The position numbers were made by a program, and so were the translations under genes. Of a stretch of 64,000 nucleotides of DNA, positions 14,331-29,254 are shown piece after piece. How positions within the stretch are numbered: the first letter of the stretch is position 1; each line of letters opens with the position of its first letter. The notes beneath the pieces were generated by a model. The model searched no databases and was not told where the DNA came from. It saw only the letters and a list, made by a program, of their open reading frames with translations. This stretch comes from Chrysomallon squamiferum (taxonomy: Eukaryota > Animalia > Mollusca), in contig CM022670.1 of the NCBI GenBank assembly GCA_012295275.1, positions 6,324,001 to 6,388,000 on the forward strand, written 5' to 3'.

Positions 14331-16069
14331 ATATATCAGTGTTTCTATTTATATGTGTATATCTCTTTGACAGTTTGCATGCATTTATCTGAAATTAATA
14401 TTTTCACTTCTGTAAATGAAATTCAATCATGCTTACTATAACATCATAACAGATTCTTTGCCATAAAATAGAAATATTTTCAAAAAGATCACCTTGATCT
14501 GTCTGAGAAACACAAACCGCCCTAAACTCGGCATTCTTTTCCCTCTGCGTTTTGTCTGTATAATTATGTTTATATTTGTGTTCAGTACCAACTTTGTTGC
14601 TCTTGTGAAGAAAACAGTCAACCTGCCAAAAATTCCATAAAGCTGAAGGAAGTAATTCACCGACATTACATTAAAAAAAAAAGTATAAATATATATATTT
14701 TAAAAAGTTTAGGTTTTATAGGTGCATTCTTCTCTTCTTGCTTCGTTTTTTAATATATATTTTTAAACTAAGTTCAGTTACTGGCTCGTTCTCGGTTATT
14801 ACCGAGCAAAGTGTTTGTTGTATTTTTCCTGTTTTTTTTTGTTTTATTGTTTTTTTTGGTTGTTGTTGCCTTTTGTGTTTTGCAGCAAGAAACAGGAAAC
14901 GTAGCCAAGCAACAAAAACAACAACTGAGATCAAATAAATCTAGTTTGCACAAGTACATGGGCACGTAAAAGATATAAAAAATAAATACAAATATTTATG
15001 TCATTACATATCTTGTGTATGTGCGCGTGTGAATTTGTGTATATGCAGATATAGATAAGACAGAAATATATGTAGATATATACCTAGACAGGTAGTCAGA
15101 CTTAAAATAACATTTAAATATTCATTAAGATCAAAATAAATAAATAAATAAATAAAATAATGATACACAAAAATTTAGATATTAGATTACGCGGAAAGTT
15201 AAATGTTTCAAATTCATGCACCTAAAGAGAGCCTCATCTAAATTTCGTACGACACAATCTACTGAGAAGAAATCAAGTTGTTTGAAATATGTTTTATTGT
15301 TGTTGTGTGTTATGGCTGAATGAGGCGTGTTGACGCATTTAAAAACTCAACACCTAATTCATTGAGTCTGATTTCAGCAAAAAACGCTTTAAATTTGTCA
15401 CAACAAAATATTAGACTGTTGCAGGATTAAACTGTGCACAAATAAAAACAGTATATATCAACTTACAAACAACTAACATTACACTATAAAACTGTCCATA
15501 TAACCAACCCTTCAGCTGAAACATACAACTGCCATAAAAAACAAGTCATTATAATGATACCATCAACTCTTGTCTTGAAATACACTGTGAAACTCTCTCA
15601 TGTAATAAATCTTTCTGTTATAAATAGTTGTATCTTGTAAGTAATATTTTTTGTCAAAAAAACAAAAAAAACAAATAGCTCTTATGATTATTGTTATTTT
15701 TTTATCATCGTCATCATTTTTATTGTTTATTGCTACTGCTACTGCTACTACCACTTCTGCTACTACCACTACTACTATTACTACTGCTACTGCTACTTCT
15801 ACTACTACTATTACTACTACTACAACTACAATTACTACTACAGTTATTATTATTATTTTTATTATTATTATTATTACTAAAATTAAAACAAGTCTAGATT
15901 ATCACGATTTTTGTCCTGGTAACGGAATAAAACAGTCAACTTTACAAAATGTATGAAAGTTTAAAGCAGACACGCGATTTTCTGACGGGGATGATGGGAA
16001 GATGTTTGGAACATATGTTTGAAACATCTGGAGAGGAAGGGACAACGACAGGGGGAGGGAGGCTGGGAG

Positions 16070-16097
16070 AGGTCAGTGCTAGGTCAGGGCGAGGTCA
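16070..16097 (+). promoter_or_regulatory. Tandem DR5-DR5 nuclear-receptor element
   Basis: AGGTCA-GTGCT-AGGTCA-GGGCG-AGGTCA: three perfect half-sites with two different 5-nt spacers. Confidence 0.5.
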
Positions 16098-16171
16098 GTC
16101 AGCAGACACAACTCATCAAAGTTCACAGAGAACTTTTAAAATAGTTTAACAGATAACACATCAGATAACGA

Positions 16172-16518
16172 AGTTTGGAAAACCTGTTAATAAAGTCTAT
16201 AGTAAGATTTCACAGTAATTAACATCGGTAGTTTGGAAAACCTGTTAATAAAGTCTATAGTAAGATTTCACAGTAATTAACATCGGTAGTTTGGAAAACC
16301 TGTTAATAAAGTCTATAGTAAGATTTCACAGTAATTAACATCGGTAGTTTGGAAAACCTGTTAATAAAGTCTATAGTAAGATTTCACAGTAATTAACATC
16401 GGTAGTTTGGAAAACGTGCTAATAAAGTCTATAGTAACAGTTCACAGTAATTAACATCGGTAGTTTGAAAAATTGTTAATAAAGTCTATAGTAACAGTTT
16501 ACGTTAAGTAACATCAGT
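16172..16518. repeat. 58-bp minisatellite, ~6 copies
   Basis: Unit agtttggaaaacctgttaataaagtctatagtaagatttcacagtaattaacatcggt; first four copies identical, last two diverging. Confidence 0.97.
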
Positions 16519-16862
16519 TTTGTTTTCTGTGTTAAACTGGACTACTCGTTCCCGTTAGCAGAAATTATATCAGTAATATGCTAACTGGGTTTTTTTTATA
16601 ACCTTTTACCATACACCCAAAACCGTCTACCATAGGTTTAGCACAGGCCCGAAGAAATAATAAAAAAAAAAAAAAAAAAAAAAAAAATGAAAATATGAGT
16701 AATACACTTTATACTACTGGTTCATATTTCAAGACCAAATGTCGTTTCCAGCATTATTTTTATCACAAATACAAACGCATGAACGCACACAGGGACAGAG
16801 ATAAAATGAAACCTGTATAAACACATAAACACAATACTTCAACTGACACAAAATACTTCAGC

Positions 16863-16920
<58 letters not shown>

Positions 16921-18732
16921 GGTGTGTGTGGTGTGTGTATATTACTTTTTATCTGTACTAGCTAATGTTACCGTGAGGTGACAAAAGCAATGTGAACTAA
17001 TTGTCATTTTACGAGGTTGTCATGTTTGCTGAAACTCATCACTTATCAGCAGCTGTTGCAACAACCACGCTATCAGTGTCAACAGTGAGTGGTGTGTGTA
17101 GCTGCAGATTAACTCGATAATAATTTTATATCGATGTCTGAATCAAAACCAGTGAAACAAATTTATTAAAAAATTAGTATTATATTGCCAAGTTGATAAA
17201 TACGTTTTTAACGTACGTGTAAATTTATCGAATACTCAGTCTTTAATGACTTTTCATTTCACTTTTCCCAAAACTCGTAATAGTATAGTAGAATATTTTT
17301 CATTTCCAGTTAGTTGTCATAACAACAGATAATACATTTGGTAAAAACACTAGCACAATTACTAGTACTGTTACTACCATATCAATAATTTCACTACATT
17401 TATCATTATACTATTACCAATACTGATAAACTATTATACTACTAGTATAACTAGTACCATTACTATTGTTGTAGCTGCTACTACTATTATTTTTAACATT
17501 GTATAGACTAATACTGCTTGCTGTCACTATTAACAGTACTTATATTACCATAACTGCTACTGCTGCGACTACTACTATTACTACTGCTACTACAACTGAT
17601 ATTAATACTACTTACTACTACAAGTATTACTACTACTACTGTTAGTACTACTATTATTACTACTACTAATTGTACTACTACTATTGCTACTACTATTACT
17701 ACTACTACTGTTACTACTATTGCTACTATCACTAGTGCTACTACTCCTACTATTATTTATTATTATTTCTTTACTACTACAGTTATTATTAGTGCTACTA
17801 CAACAACAACTACTGCTTTATTATTATTATTAATATTATTATTATTATTATAAACATCGGCTGCAAATAACTGATTTCAAACACAAAACATGTCGGAACA
17901 AACACATGACATTTCGCTTTGTTAAACAGAACGAAAAAAACCCCCATTAAGTTCGTCAGCTAAGGGAGGTAACCTAGTTCTGTAAGGTAACGACGTGTTA
18001 CTTGTCATCTCGCGGTCTGTTAACACTTCAGCCGTGCTCTAACCCGTGTGACCTTTGACTCCATGCCGGGGGTAAGCGAAGCGTGACACTATGAGTCACT
18101 TCACTTTACATATCGTACAGGTAGGAGGTGTACAATGACATTTCACTCGGGACATTGCATTTCACCGGGCACCTGTCGCGAATCTGAATATTTATCACAG
18201 GGGGGAGGATCAGGGTGGATTGTTCGGTTATGCTGTAAATATTAAATTACACTGTCTGGCTAAAACAGTTTGTACAGATTCTACAAATTAATGTTGTTTT
18301 AGTGTAGATTTTTTTTTTTTTTTTCCGCTTGCATTTATTTATCTAATCAGATTAAAATAAAAATCAATATGATAATTATCCGGCGGCATGTTTGTGTCAC
18401 ATATTTTCAGGCGATGATCTAAGTGTTCTTACAAGGCTCTCTAGCAAAAACAAATAATTAAAAATATCTAAACAGTACAGGTTTTTTTTTTTTTTTTTTT
18501 TTTGGTGTATGTAAATGAGAACAGACAGAAAGGTATTTTTTTTTTCCTGTGAGAAAACTGAGAAAGAGACTGAGATGTTGAAAAACGTTCTGGTCGTTGA
18601 GGGTTAGAAATCTGCACGACCTTCAACATTTTGTTTTGTATCCGCCCCTGATTTGTTCCTGGCTTTCAGTTTTTACTCATGATTAATGAGTTTTGTGAAA
18701 CATGAAACTGACCATAAGATGAGATTAGAAGA

Positions 18733-18765
<33 letters not shown>

Positions 18766-20382
18766 AAAAGGAAAAGAAAAAAAAAAAGTAATGATTGAAA
18801 AAAAAAAAAAAAACAGAGGAAAAACAAAGAGACAGAGAGAAAAAAATAGGGAAGGAGAGAAAGATTGAAAAATAATGAATAAAAGAAAGAAAAAGTGTGC
18901 GTGCAAGTGTGTGTATGTGTGAGTATATTACAGTTATATGTCTGTCTGTGTGTGTTTGTGTTTGTGTGTTTATACTAAACAATCAATAATAATTATTTTG
19001 TATAACGCATCTGTATAAAACTGCCAAACTGACCTAACTAAAGCTATTTATACGACTTAGGTATCTAAAACTGTCACAATGACCTAACTAAAGATATATA
19101 TTATGTTATAAATCTCTATAAAAATCTGTCACACTGACATAAATACAGATACGTATTATATAACCTATCTGTATAGATATCAGCCACGCAGACCTCACTG
19201 AAGACACAATTATATAACGTATTTATACAAAACTCTGTTACGCTAATTAAAGACACATAACAAAAGTGTATAAATATCTTCCACACTGACTCAAGTGCAC
19301 TAGTAATGAATGTGTGAAGCACCAGATAAAAAAAACCTGAGATTTCAGTGACAGAAGAGCTGTGATTTCTAATGACAGTTTCAGGAAGTGAAGTTTACTT
19401 AATTACACTACAGCGCTGCTTTCTTAGACTCGCTCTGATCTCATTAACCTTGACCTTCCACACAGAAAGAAATTCTTGTGACCTACTTTCAGTACAGCAG
19501 ATGATGAAATCAGCGTACATTGTACTCGGGTAAAATCTCTTAATATTTAGGCCTTGAGATCGCATCTCGGCTCTTTCTCCAGAAATAAACAGGAAGGTGT
19601 AAGACAACTATATATATATATATTTCGTGTTTTTTTTTTTTTTTTGTGACAAATCTTCCAACACACTAACACTCACTTGTCAGACAACTGTTTGGGCGCT
19701 GTAGATAAAAGAGATACACGTTTTATCATTCAGCAGATTAAAAGCGATGCCAACTTGTTGATTGATTTGTCGATACAAAGTCATTCCTTAGCGAGTGGTT
19801 AAATAGACATAATTTAATTTTCTATTCTGTCATCTTATTTTCACTGAACAACACACACACACACACGAACTCATTTATTTTATGGTTTACGCACAAACCG
19901 ATGAATGGACATATAAAACTCCAATAAAATGTTATTTACAGAATTTGAGACGTCTTACTCTCTGTGATAACATACACATACAGCTTCGTCGTTCTGGAAT
20001 GAGAAGATTCTAAAAATCAACACTGTAAGAATTCTTATCAGGACAGCGTTTGGAAAAGTTCCAACAAATCAATTAAAAGCGGTCAGCGGGTTTGATCTTT
20101 TGACCATTCTGATTGGAGGATGGTCCAGCGCAGCCATTAGTGATCCATCACCGTTTTACAAAAATCATAGGTTGTCTACTTACTGCTAAAGTGCATATAA
20201 CTGTGAAAGTACTTTTCTTTTTTTCTTTTTTTTTTGTAATGGTAGAGCAGTTATTTTCTCTTTTACGTTGTCTGTCAGAAATACTTTATATGACAAGTAA
20301 TATCTATGGATGAACGATCGTTTAGCTGAGAGGAACGAAAACAAAATAAAAATAGGTTGGCGGTAGAAAAATGTGTTTATTA

Positions 20383-20493
20383 AATTTGTCAAAGTAACAT
20401 TACAAACGACAGAAAAATGGTGCGATACGCTGTGTGAGATATATATATATAAATATATATATATGTGTGTTTATATATATATATATGTGTGTT

Positions 20494-20529
<36 letters not shown>

Positions 20530-20610
20530 TATATATATATTTATATATATATATCTCACACAGCGTATCGTACCATCTTTCTGTCGTTTGTAATGTTACT
20601 TTGACAAATT
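20383..20610. repeat. Inverted repeat, 82-bp arms, 64-bp AT/GT microsatellite loop
   Basis: 20383-20464 is the reverse complement of 20529-20610 with 2 mismatches. Confidence 0.95.
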
Positions 20611-21971
20611 GTTACTTTGATAAATACGAACAGAAAGTGAAAGAGAAAAAACTGTCTATCCGCACATGTAACTATTTGTGTATCTAATTCGTCTGTAAGT
20701 CTTTTGATCCAGTCATCTACCAGTTTGTCTGTATGTCTCTCATTTTAACATACCTAGCCTCTAGTTACCTACATACATACAAACACTGGACATGCATACA
20801 TATATATATATATATATATATACTGTACATACATACATACGTACGTACGTACGTACTTATATCCCTACAAATGAATCAAAAATGATATTATTAGAAGCAA
20901 AGTTATTTGAATAACTGAATCATATTTTTAGTATTAACTGACTCTTTTATTCATCATTTTTCATTTTTTCTTTTTATTCGTGTTCTTTCTTTCCTTCCCT
21001 ATTACATAACTACACACATACACAAACACATAAACATGCACATACACACACACACACATACACACCCGCATATACACATACATACAAGTAATGACAAATG
21101 CATACATACAATCAATCTCTAATTCACTGTAGCAGACTGAACTGTAAATCTGTTTGCTCTCACTAACGCGGCAAGTCTTCACAATGTCGGTAAATCTTGT
21201 TAATTTACTGTAATGGCGAAATGGAAATGACAAATTTTCTTATACCGTGCGAGCAGCAATCACTGGAGAACGGGCGAGGATAATTTAATGTTGACGCGGT
21301 TGTAATAACAGAGTCAGTCAAAGGAACGGTGGTGGTGGTAGTAGTAGTAGTAAAGCAGTAGAGGTAATTGTAGTAATAATGGCAGAAGACGAAGTCTAGT
21401 GGTACTGATGGTAACAGTCACAGTAGTAGTGTTAGCAATATTTGTTATAGAAGTAGTAGTGATAGTGGTAACAATATTGGTAGTAATAGTGTTTGTACTA
21501 GTCGTACTTGTTGTAGTTGTAGTGATAGTACTAGTAAAGGTAGTAGTAGTTGTAATAGCAGCAGTATTAATTGTAGTGGTTGTTATTGTTGTACTAGTAG
21601 TAGCTGTAGTAGTAAATGTTGTTTTTGTCTTTCTAGATGAATAGTAGTAGTAGTAGTAGTAGTAGTAGTAAGCAGGAACAGTAGAGTAGTAGCAATATTT
21701 GTTGTCTTAATAATACTAGTTATAAAGAGGGTATATTAATAATATTACGAACAGCACTGTTTTATACAGTATAATAATAATAATTATTGGAATAATTTGT
21801 GTAAATACTTTGGGAAAAACCTTTTACACTAATAATTAATTCGAACTAATGATTATAAACGCCAAATAAACACTGAACGGAAAGGGTTAAAGTGTTCCGA
21901 ATTAACGTAGAGCTCCAAGGGTTAAAATCTAGGCCGCAAGTAAGACAGCAATAACCCGCATCAATCCAGCG

Positions 21972-21987
21972 AGCGCCCTCTGCTGTC
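21972..21987 (-). promoter_or_regulatory. CTCF-like motif
   Basis: Minus strand GACAGCAGAGGGCGCT closely follows the CTCF core CCASYAGRKGGCRS. Confidence 0.4.
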
Positions 21988-23303
21988 ATATTAACGATTA
22001 ATCATAGATTCTGTCCTATGTAAGTAGACTGAAGGTTTTTCTATAAACTGTGTAAATTGATGTCACGTGATCATCATTCGGTAGCGGTACCATTGTAAAA
22101 ATCAATTACTGCGGAATACAGTGTTACCATCCAAGTTCTTCCCGTGTCCACTATGACGTCACAGTGTTAAGGACATCTTCACACCCCAACAATTTTTTGA
22201 AAACTGTCAACGTCAGTCTTTGTAAACCAGTCAGTTGGAATATTTATAAGATTTATTTTATTCCTATTGATTAATGAAAAAAAATCCATCAAACAGATGT
22301 TAATCTAGTAAAGCTAACGTTTAGGATAAATAAAATTTTATGTAATTTTATATCTGTTATTGATTAATAAAAGAAAAGAGAAAAAAAAGGATAATCAATT
22401 AATCAATGATTTCGATGTAAACTGAAATCGCGCGGATTAACGTGAGAACGCGATTTGACACTGGTGAAGAAGAAGAATCGATACTAGTAAATGAGACTGT
22501 TTTTATACGTAGTAAACAACTACTAAACACAGTACCAGTCGACTGTTAGGCTTCATTCGCCATGACGGTAACATCTGTTTTGACAAAAGAAAACACAAAT
22601 ATATGCCTGCATCGGTCAGTTCATATGCACGCGTGATTGTTGCATACCTGAATGTAAACAATAGACGAAAATAATGCTTGATGATCTGAATTCGAGATAA
22701 ACTTGTCACCGTATAAGTTAAAATCATTTCTGTGCACTGTAGTCTGACTTGCATACAGTAAAATGTGGTCGGTTCTTTCGCCGTTTAGAACGAGATAATT
22801 TTCGCTCGCGGCTATTTCTGTTTATGATTGAATACACTTGTAAAATGCACGACTTGTGACCTATCACAGTTTACACACAACAGTTTTGTAAACAAAGCGG
22901 TGAACGCGATTTGTGATCGAGTATTGATCACACTGTCGCCTTTTCACCTAGAATCTACGTACTTGAGTAGGATTACTATAAGCTAACCGTAAATAATAAA
23001 TAATTTAGAAATAATAATAATAATAATAATCGCAGTTAGATTTACACAGATATTTTTATACACATAAATACAGAGTTAGATGCGTGAAGTTATTTCGCAC
23101 AAGCAACGCGAATTCACAGTTAATTAAAATAATCCATTAACATGATCAAACAAACCAATGGTCGCTTATTTACGTAAACCCGTCGCACGAGAAATGACAG
23201 CACGGATCAAGCGGGGAGCTCGCTCGCCTCGTGCACCCCTCTTTCTCCGCTCTGGCATTTCAACAACAGACAGCACCCCAGATGACACCTTGTCGCCTCT
23301 TAC

Positions 23304-23421
23304 CTGATTTTTTTGTAGGCTTGTCATCTTCGTTTTCGTAGTCTTTCAGGGACAGAAGTTCCCCGTTCTCGGCCGCTGTGCCATCCATTCCTGCGTTTGC
23401 TAGCCTGTGAACTTGTGCCAT
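23304..23421 (-). CDS. Candidate alternative first coding exon, 39-aa N-terminus
   Basis: ataATGG start (in-frame ATG also at 23427); MAQVHRLANAGMDGTAAENGELLSLKDYENEDDKPTKKS then CAG|gtaaga donor, phase 1; within a CpG-rich island. Confidence 0.75.
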
Positions 23422-25673
23422 TATCATATATCAATACCGAGAGGTTGAGCAGCGCTAGTAGTCAATATTCCAACTCCATCGCCTCTTTTCAGTGTGCGGC
23501 CTTCTCCGAGCTGCTGTCGCCTTCCTCGCGTCGTGTGCGTCGTACCCAATGCGAAGTCTGACTAGACGCCATGTTAAGAGAAAGAGCTGATTTCACGTGT
23601 CGTAAATGTTTAAGTGAGAATAATTGTCGCCGGCGTCGTTGTACGATGTACGTTGGTGTGACAGTAATAGCAATGCAGCCCGGACTACACAGGTTTAAGC
23701 ACACCTATTCAACCATGGTTCCGGGAAAGCTAGGTCAGTAAACACTTACATTGTGACGAATACGTTTGTTTTCAGGGCTGGGAACCCTGAACAAGGGAGT
23801 GCATTTAATAAGTTCAAGGGGGGTGTGTTTGCTTCGTTCAGGGTGGGTGGGGGTATGTGTGTAACAAGTTCAAAAGGAGGATCTCAGTAAGCTAGGGGTA
23901 TAATTTAAAATCTCATCGGTCGCAATGTGACAGGTCACGTGATCAGTTAGAATCGTGGAAGAAGTCGGGTGACAGCTACAATTCTTTATGTTTGACACTG
24001 ATGTCAGGTTTGTAACACACTAACCCCGTCCAGTTAACAATACAAGCCGTATAGCACAGAACAAAACCCCTGACTTTTGTCAATGTGAAATTAAAAAACT
24101 TATTGTTTTTCACGAAACTACTTGAAATACTTAGAGTGACTGGCGACACGACAAACAAACAAACAAATAAATAAAACATAAATTTATAAATAAAATAAAA
24201 TAAAATAAATGTTAATCTGAGATCTAATTAAAACTAAAAGGTATCAAACATTTTGTCAATAAAAAAGCTAAAAAAAACTAAAAAAAAAAAAAAACACGTT
24301 TTATTTTTGCACGCAGCAATGGAAGTTTTGCAAATATAGCGAGCAGTACAGAGGTGAGAAACACGTGGTACAACACTGGGCTGGGTAACTGACAGTCGCA
24401 GGATCAATCCTCATCAACAGCTCTCAAAGAAGTTTTCAACCTAATTCCCCAAAATTATTTATTAAACATCATAATGCGTGTTTTCATTAAACTTCCATCC
24501 ATTCAGAAATTACTAATATTATAATAAATACACACACACGATTATGCACATATATACACTAACATACATATATATACATACACATGCATACATACACGCA
24601 CACAATCAGTAACATATACGCACATGATTACGCACACACATACAGACATACATACAAATATATATATACACACACACATATACATTCATACATACACAGA
24701 TATACATACGTTCATACATACATACATATACTTAAGATATATATACACACAGAAACACACACACAAAAAACTGATTTACTGTATCACTGTATAAAAATGT
24801 CTAATAACATTAATAGGTGCTGACGTATCTTTTCTAATAACATTAATATGTGCTGACATTTCATTAAATCTTTTTTTTTCTTCTGTTATTCGACTTAGCT
24901 GATACGAGGCATTTGTGACACATACTTTGAAGATTGGACCACGTTAATAATTTACATATGTCTGTCATCGTTTCCTTAGCAACACAGTTGTGATGTCACA
25001 AATCTCTGAATAGATTAGTCGTTCGTTACCTGGAGAAAATGTTTTTTATTGCATAACCATAATCAGGCTTCAAAAATAAATAAATAAATAAATAAATAAA
25101 TAAAACAGAAAAAAGATAATATAAATGGGTTCGTTAAAAATTACAAATAAAAATACATACATACATACGCACACATATACATATACATGCATATATACAC
25201 ATACAAAAATAAACATAAACGCATACACAATTTAATAAACACAAATATTTTGCAATACCTATCATTTTGAAATACCTTTTGCTTCATAATTTTACTACCG
25301 TAAAAAAAAAAAAATAATAATAAAATAAAAAATAATAATAAAAGAGAAGGAATAATGTCAGCACACACACACTGACAAACTACAACGGCGTTGACGGACG
25401 TGGTGTCGAGTGAGACGACGTTGACAAGCGAGTTGCGATGATGGAAATGAACTGCGGACGACGTGATCTGCTTGTTGATAACTACAGCTCTGACATTTCA
25501 GCGACAACAGCGATGGGCACGTACGTCTCAATTAAATATTAAAAAAATGCGCTGACTGTGTTGTCTGGGAGAGTGAGAGTAGCGAGTTTCCCACTGTCTG
25601 CTGATTGCTTAGTTAAATCAACAAACACATCCAGTGTGTTAGTCTTTACACATGTGTATGTGTGTGTTTACAT

Positions 25674-25722
<49 letters not shown>

Positions 25723-26163
25723 CTCTCGCTCTCTCTCTCACACACACACAAATGTATATATGTATATATGTACGTATTTATGTATTTGTGTGTGTACGTA
25801 GGTATGCATATATGTATGAATGTGTTTATGTGTGTATTTTGGAGGGGGTTGTAATTTAATAATGGACTGAGTTGTGGCATGATTATTTATTTTTAATTGA
25901 CGAACGTATCGCATTTATTTGAACTGCAGTAAATCAAGGCTGGTGAACAATGATCATTATTATCATCATAATGATGTCTGTCGTCATCACCATTACGAAA
26001 TAATAAATTAAATTCTAGCACCGAACTGCATTAACCTACGACATGTCAAATGAAACTGGATTCTTGTATCCAACGCATATGATATTAATTTACAGCTAGC
26101 ATAAAACAGGAATAACGGAATCGTCAGAGATCCAGAAAAGAGAAAAACAGAATATAAACGGCA

Positions 26164-26218
<55 letters not shown>

Positions 26219-26517
26219 TTAATATTAATAATAATAATAATAACGATTATGATGATAATGATAATAATATTATTAATATTAATAATGATGACGATGACGA
26301 CATCAACTATAATAAAATCTCTAAATGAAATCAGTATTATTTGAGATAAACAGCTCAAACTGCACGCTAGAGAGAGATGACAATTGATTACCTATCAATG
26401 CCGTTTATTAACACAGTTGTTCTGAGTACAGTGTTACGTGAATTATTTCTGTCACATCCACTAGCTGACGTCACCCTTTTAACAGACAGGTAATTTTGTA
26501 TGTATAGTGTTGTAGAA

Positions 26518-26570
<53 letters not shown>

Positions 26571-26793
26571 CAGACACACACAGACACACTCACTTGACTG
26601 AATACAGAAATACAATGTTAAGAGTTTGAATTTAATGAAAATGGCACTAAAACTGAACAGTCCACTTTTAACAGATTATCAGTTGTTTGAAGTATGCTTG
26701 ATAAAACACCGATCTTTTGGTTGTATAATGTAAAATGTCAAACTGCTGCAACAGCGGGATCAACATCATCAGCAACAACAACAATAACAACAA

Positions 26794-26832
<39 letters not shown>

Positions 26833-27050
26833 ATATTTAATCAAACAAAGAAAGAAGACAACTGAAAGCAGGAAAAAAAACTTGTTATGTCATTTTCATG
26901 ATTTTTTTATTCATTAGAATTAGTATCCCCTTTGTGTTTTCTTTTTTCTTTTTTTCTTTTGTGTTTTTTTTTTGTGTTGTGGTTTTTTTTGACAGCTTAA
27001 GTGAACATGTACAGATTCACATATATATATATGGAGAGACACACACATAC

Positions 27051-27131
<81 letters not shown>

Positions 27132-27769
27132 GTTTTTTTAAAGTTCAGTATATCACTACTTCTGCCGTTTGGTGACATTTTATGAATACAATTACATAGT
27201 TCAAAAAGTTCACTTCAGAAATTCTAGGTTACAATGAACTTATATATTTGTTTATTATTTGTTGTTTTTTATTATGTTTTATTAAAATATATTTTTTTAT
27301 TATAAAATACGAATTCTTTATGTGTAATCACAAATCCTGATAGAAAAAACACATGCATGCATGCATGCACGCATACATGTAATATATATATATATATATA
27401 TGAATAAAAAAAAAAAATATATATATGTTCAATACATGTTTACTATTTGCATGTATAAATTTCCACTGCACTGTAAAATCAGCTTTATGTTAATTAGTGG
27501 AAACTGTCACTGAACGCTTCTCTCGCGGGACGACAGTCGCAACGGCGTGACAGTATCCTTGACGATTGCACAACAGACACAACGTCGATCAATGCTGGGA
27601 CTACTACGTCTCTGTAACGTAATCCGAAGCAAGTCTAATAAAAAGTTATGTACGGCGAGATCGATAGCAGAATAGCTGTAGACATTGTTAAATAAAATAA
27701 AACAGAAGTGACATATTAATGAAAACACAATTGTTGTTTGTTGACCAGGCATTTTATCTGGGTATTGTT

Positions 27770-27800
27770 AGTTGAACGGCGGGAATCGAACCCGTGGCCC
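27770..27800 (-). mobile_element. tRNA-derived SINE fragment (B box)
   Basis: Minus strand GGTTCGATTCCC at 27781-27792; no A box or cloverleaf found. Confidence 0.4.
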
Positions 27801-27853
27801 CCTTTGTTTATTTCAGGTACGTTTGGGTTTGAGGCCTGCAGGTTCCTTTTCGA

Positions 27854-27930
<77 letters not shown>

Positions 27931-29193
27931 ATAGTAGTAGTAGTATCATCATCATTATTTTTATTCAAACAGTATTGGTGAGATATTTTGTTTAAAACAC
28001 ATACGCTATGCTGTTTTAAAGCTTATTATAATTAATAAATTCAACTATTTTCTATTACTCATGAAGGCATGAACATATACACGTGCACACTTTAATGCAC
28101 ATATCGATTAAAACATAACAAAAAAAAAAAAAAAAAAAAAAAAAAAACCGTGTTGTTATAGCTATTATTATTGTTATTATCATCATCATCATCATCATTA
28201 TCATCAACATTATCATTATTGTTGTAGTTGTCGTTGTTATTGATTTGTTTATGTTGTAGTTTTTATTATTGTTGCTGTTGTTTTTATTTTTACCTGTCGT
28301 TGCTGTGGCTACTGTTGCTACTACCGAAAGCTTATTACACTACATATATTTATTTTGTGTGGTTGCATGACTGTTCGTACGAATGCATATGTGCGTGTGC
28401 GTGTGTTCTTCCTGTGATAAATAAATAAAATTATTATTTGAATATATATATATTGTGATTTACATTTGAAAATATCTGTATGTTAATATGAATTTATTTG
28501 AAGTAAACAGGGTACACAATAGTATCACACACAATCGACTTAAAATTAAATCAGAATTTCGATTGTCCGTCACGCAGTTAGTTCCCTTGGGAACCTTAAA
28601 ATCCTGCGACAGACTCGTGATGTCATAGTTTTATTAATTACAATTGAAAGTGATCAGTATTGCACCTTAGAAAAATACAGCACGTGTATGTAATAAAAAT
28701 ACACTTTGTATTACAAACCATATACCTCGTTTTTACTTCAGCAGCAATATATTAACAAAAATAATACACGTAGTAGCGATATCAATGCATTATATCTATA
28801 ACGTTTTATTAACATCAATATATCTAATACTGATAAAGACGACACATTTTTATTATAATGTATTTTTAGCATTAATTGACATCATTGTTACGGGGCATTA
28901 ATAAATTAAATGTGCAAAACACCGTTATCATTGGCACTATTTTTTTTTATAGTGTATTAACACCATTGTCTACTCAATAAACTGGAGTAATGAGATTATT
29001 TGTCTCTGATGTACCGAACAGCCCGACCTAATTCTTCACTGAGGTAAACATTAACACAGTTTTATATAACTTTATTCAGTATATTCCTATAATTACGTGA
29101 AACTGTGTAATAGTGTGTGTGTTTGTGTGTGCGGCTTTGTTTTGTGTGTATGTGTGCGGATATACTTTGCGTGTATGTGTGTGTGTGTGTGTA

Positions 29194-29254
<61 letters not shown>

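Noticed and set aside
25380-25530. CpG-rich patch as a coding exon
   Set aside because: Only short open frames and no acceptor/donor pair fitting a gene model; more likely regulatory.
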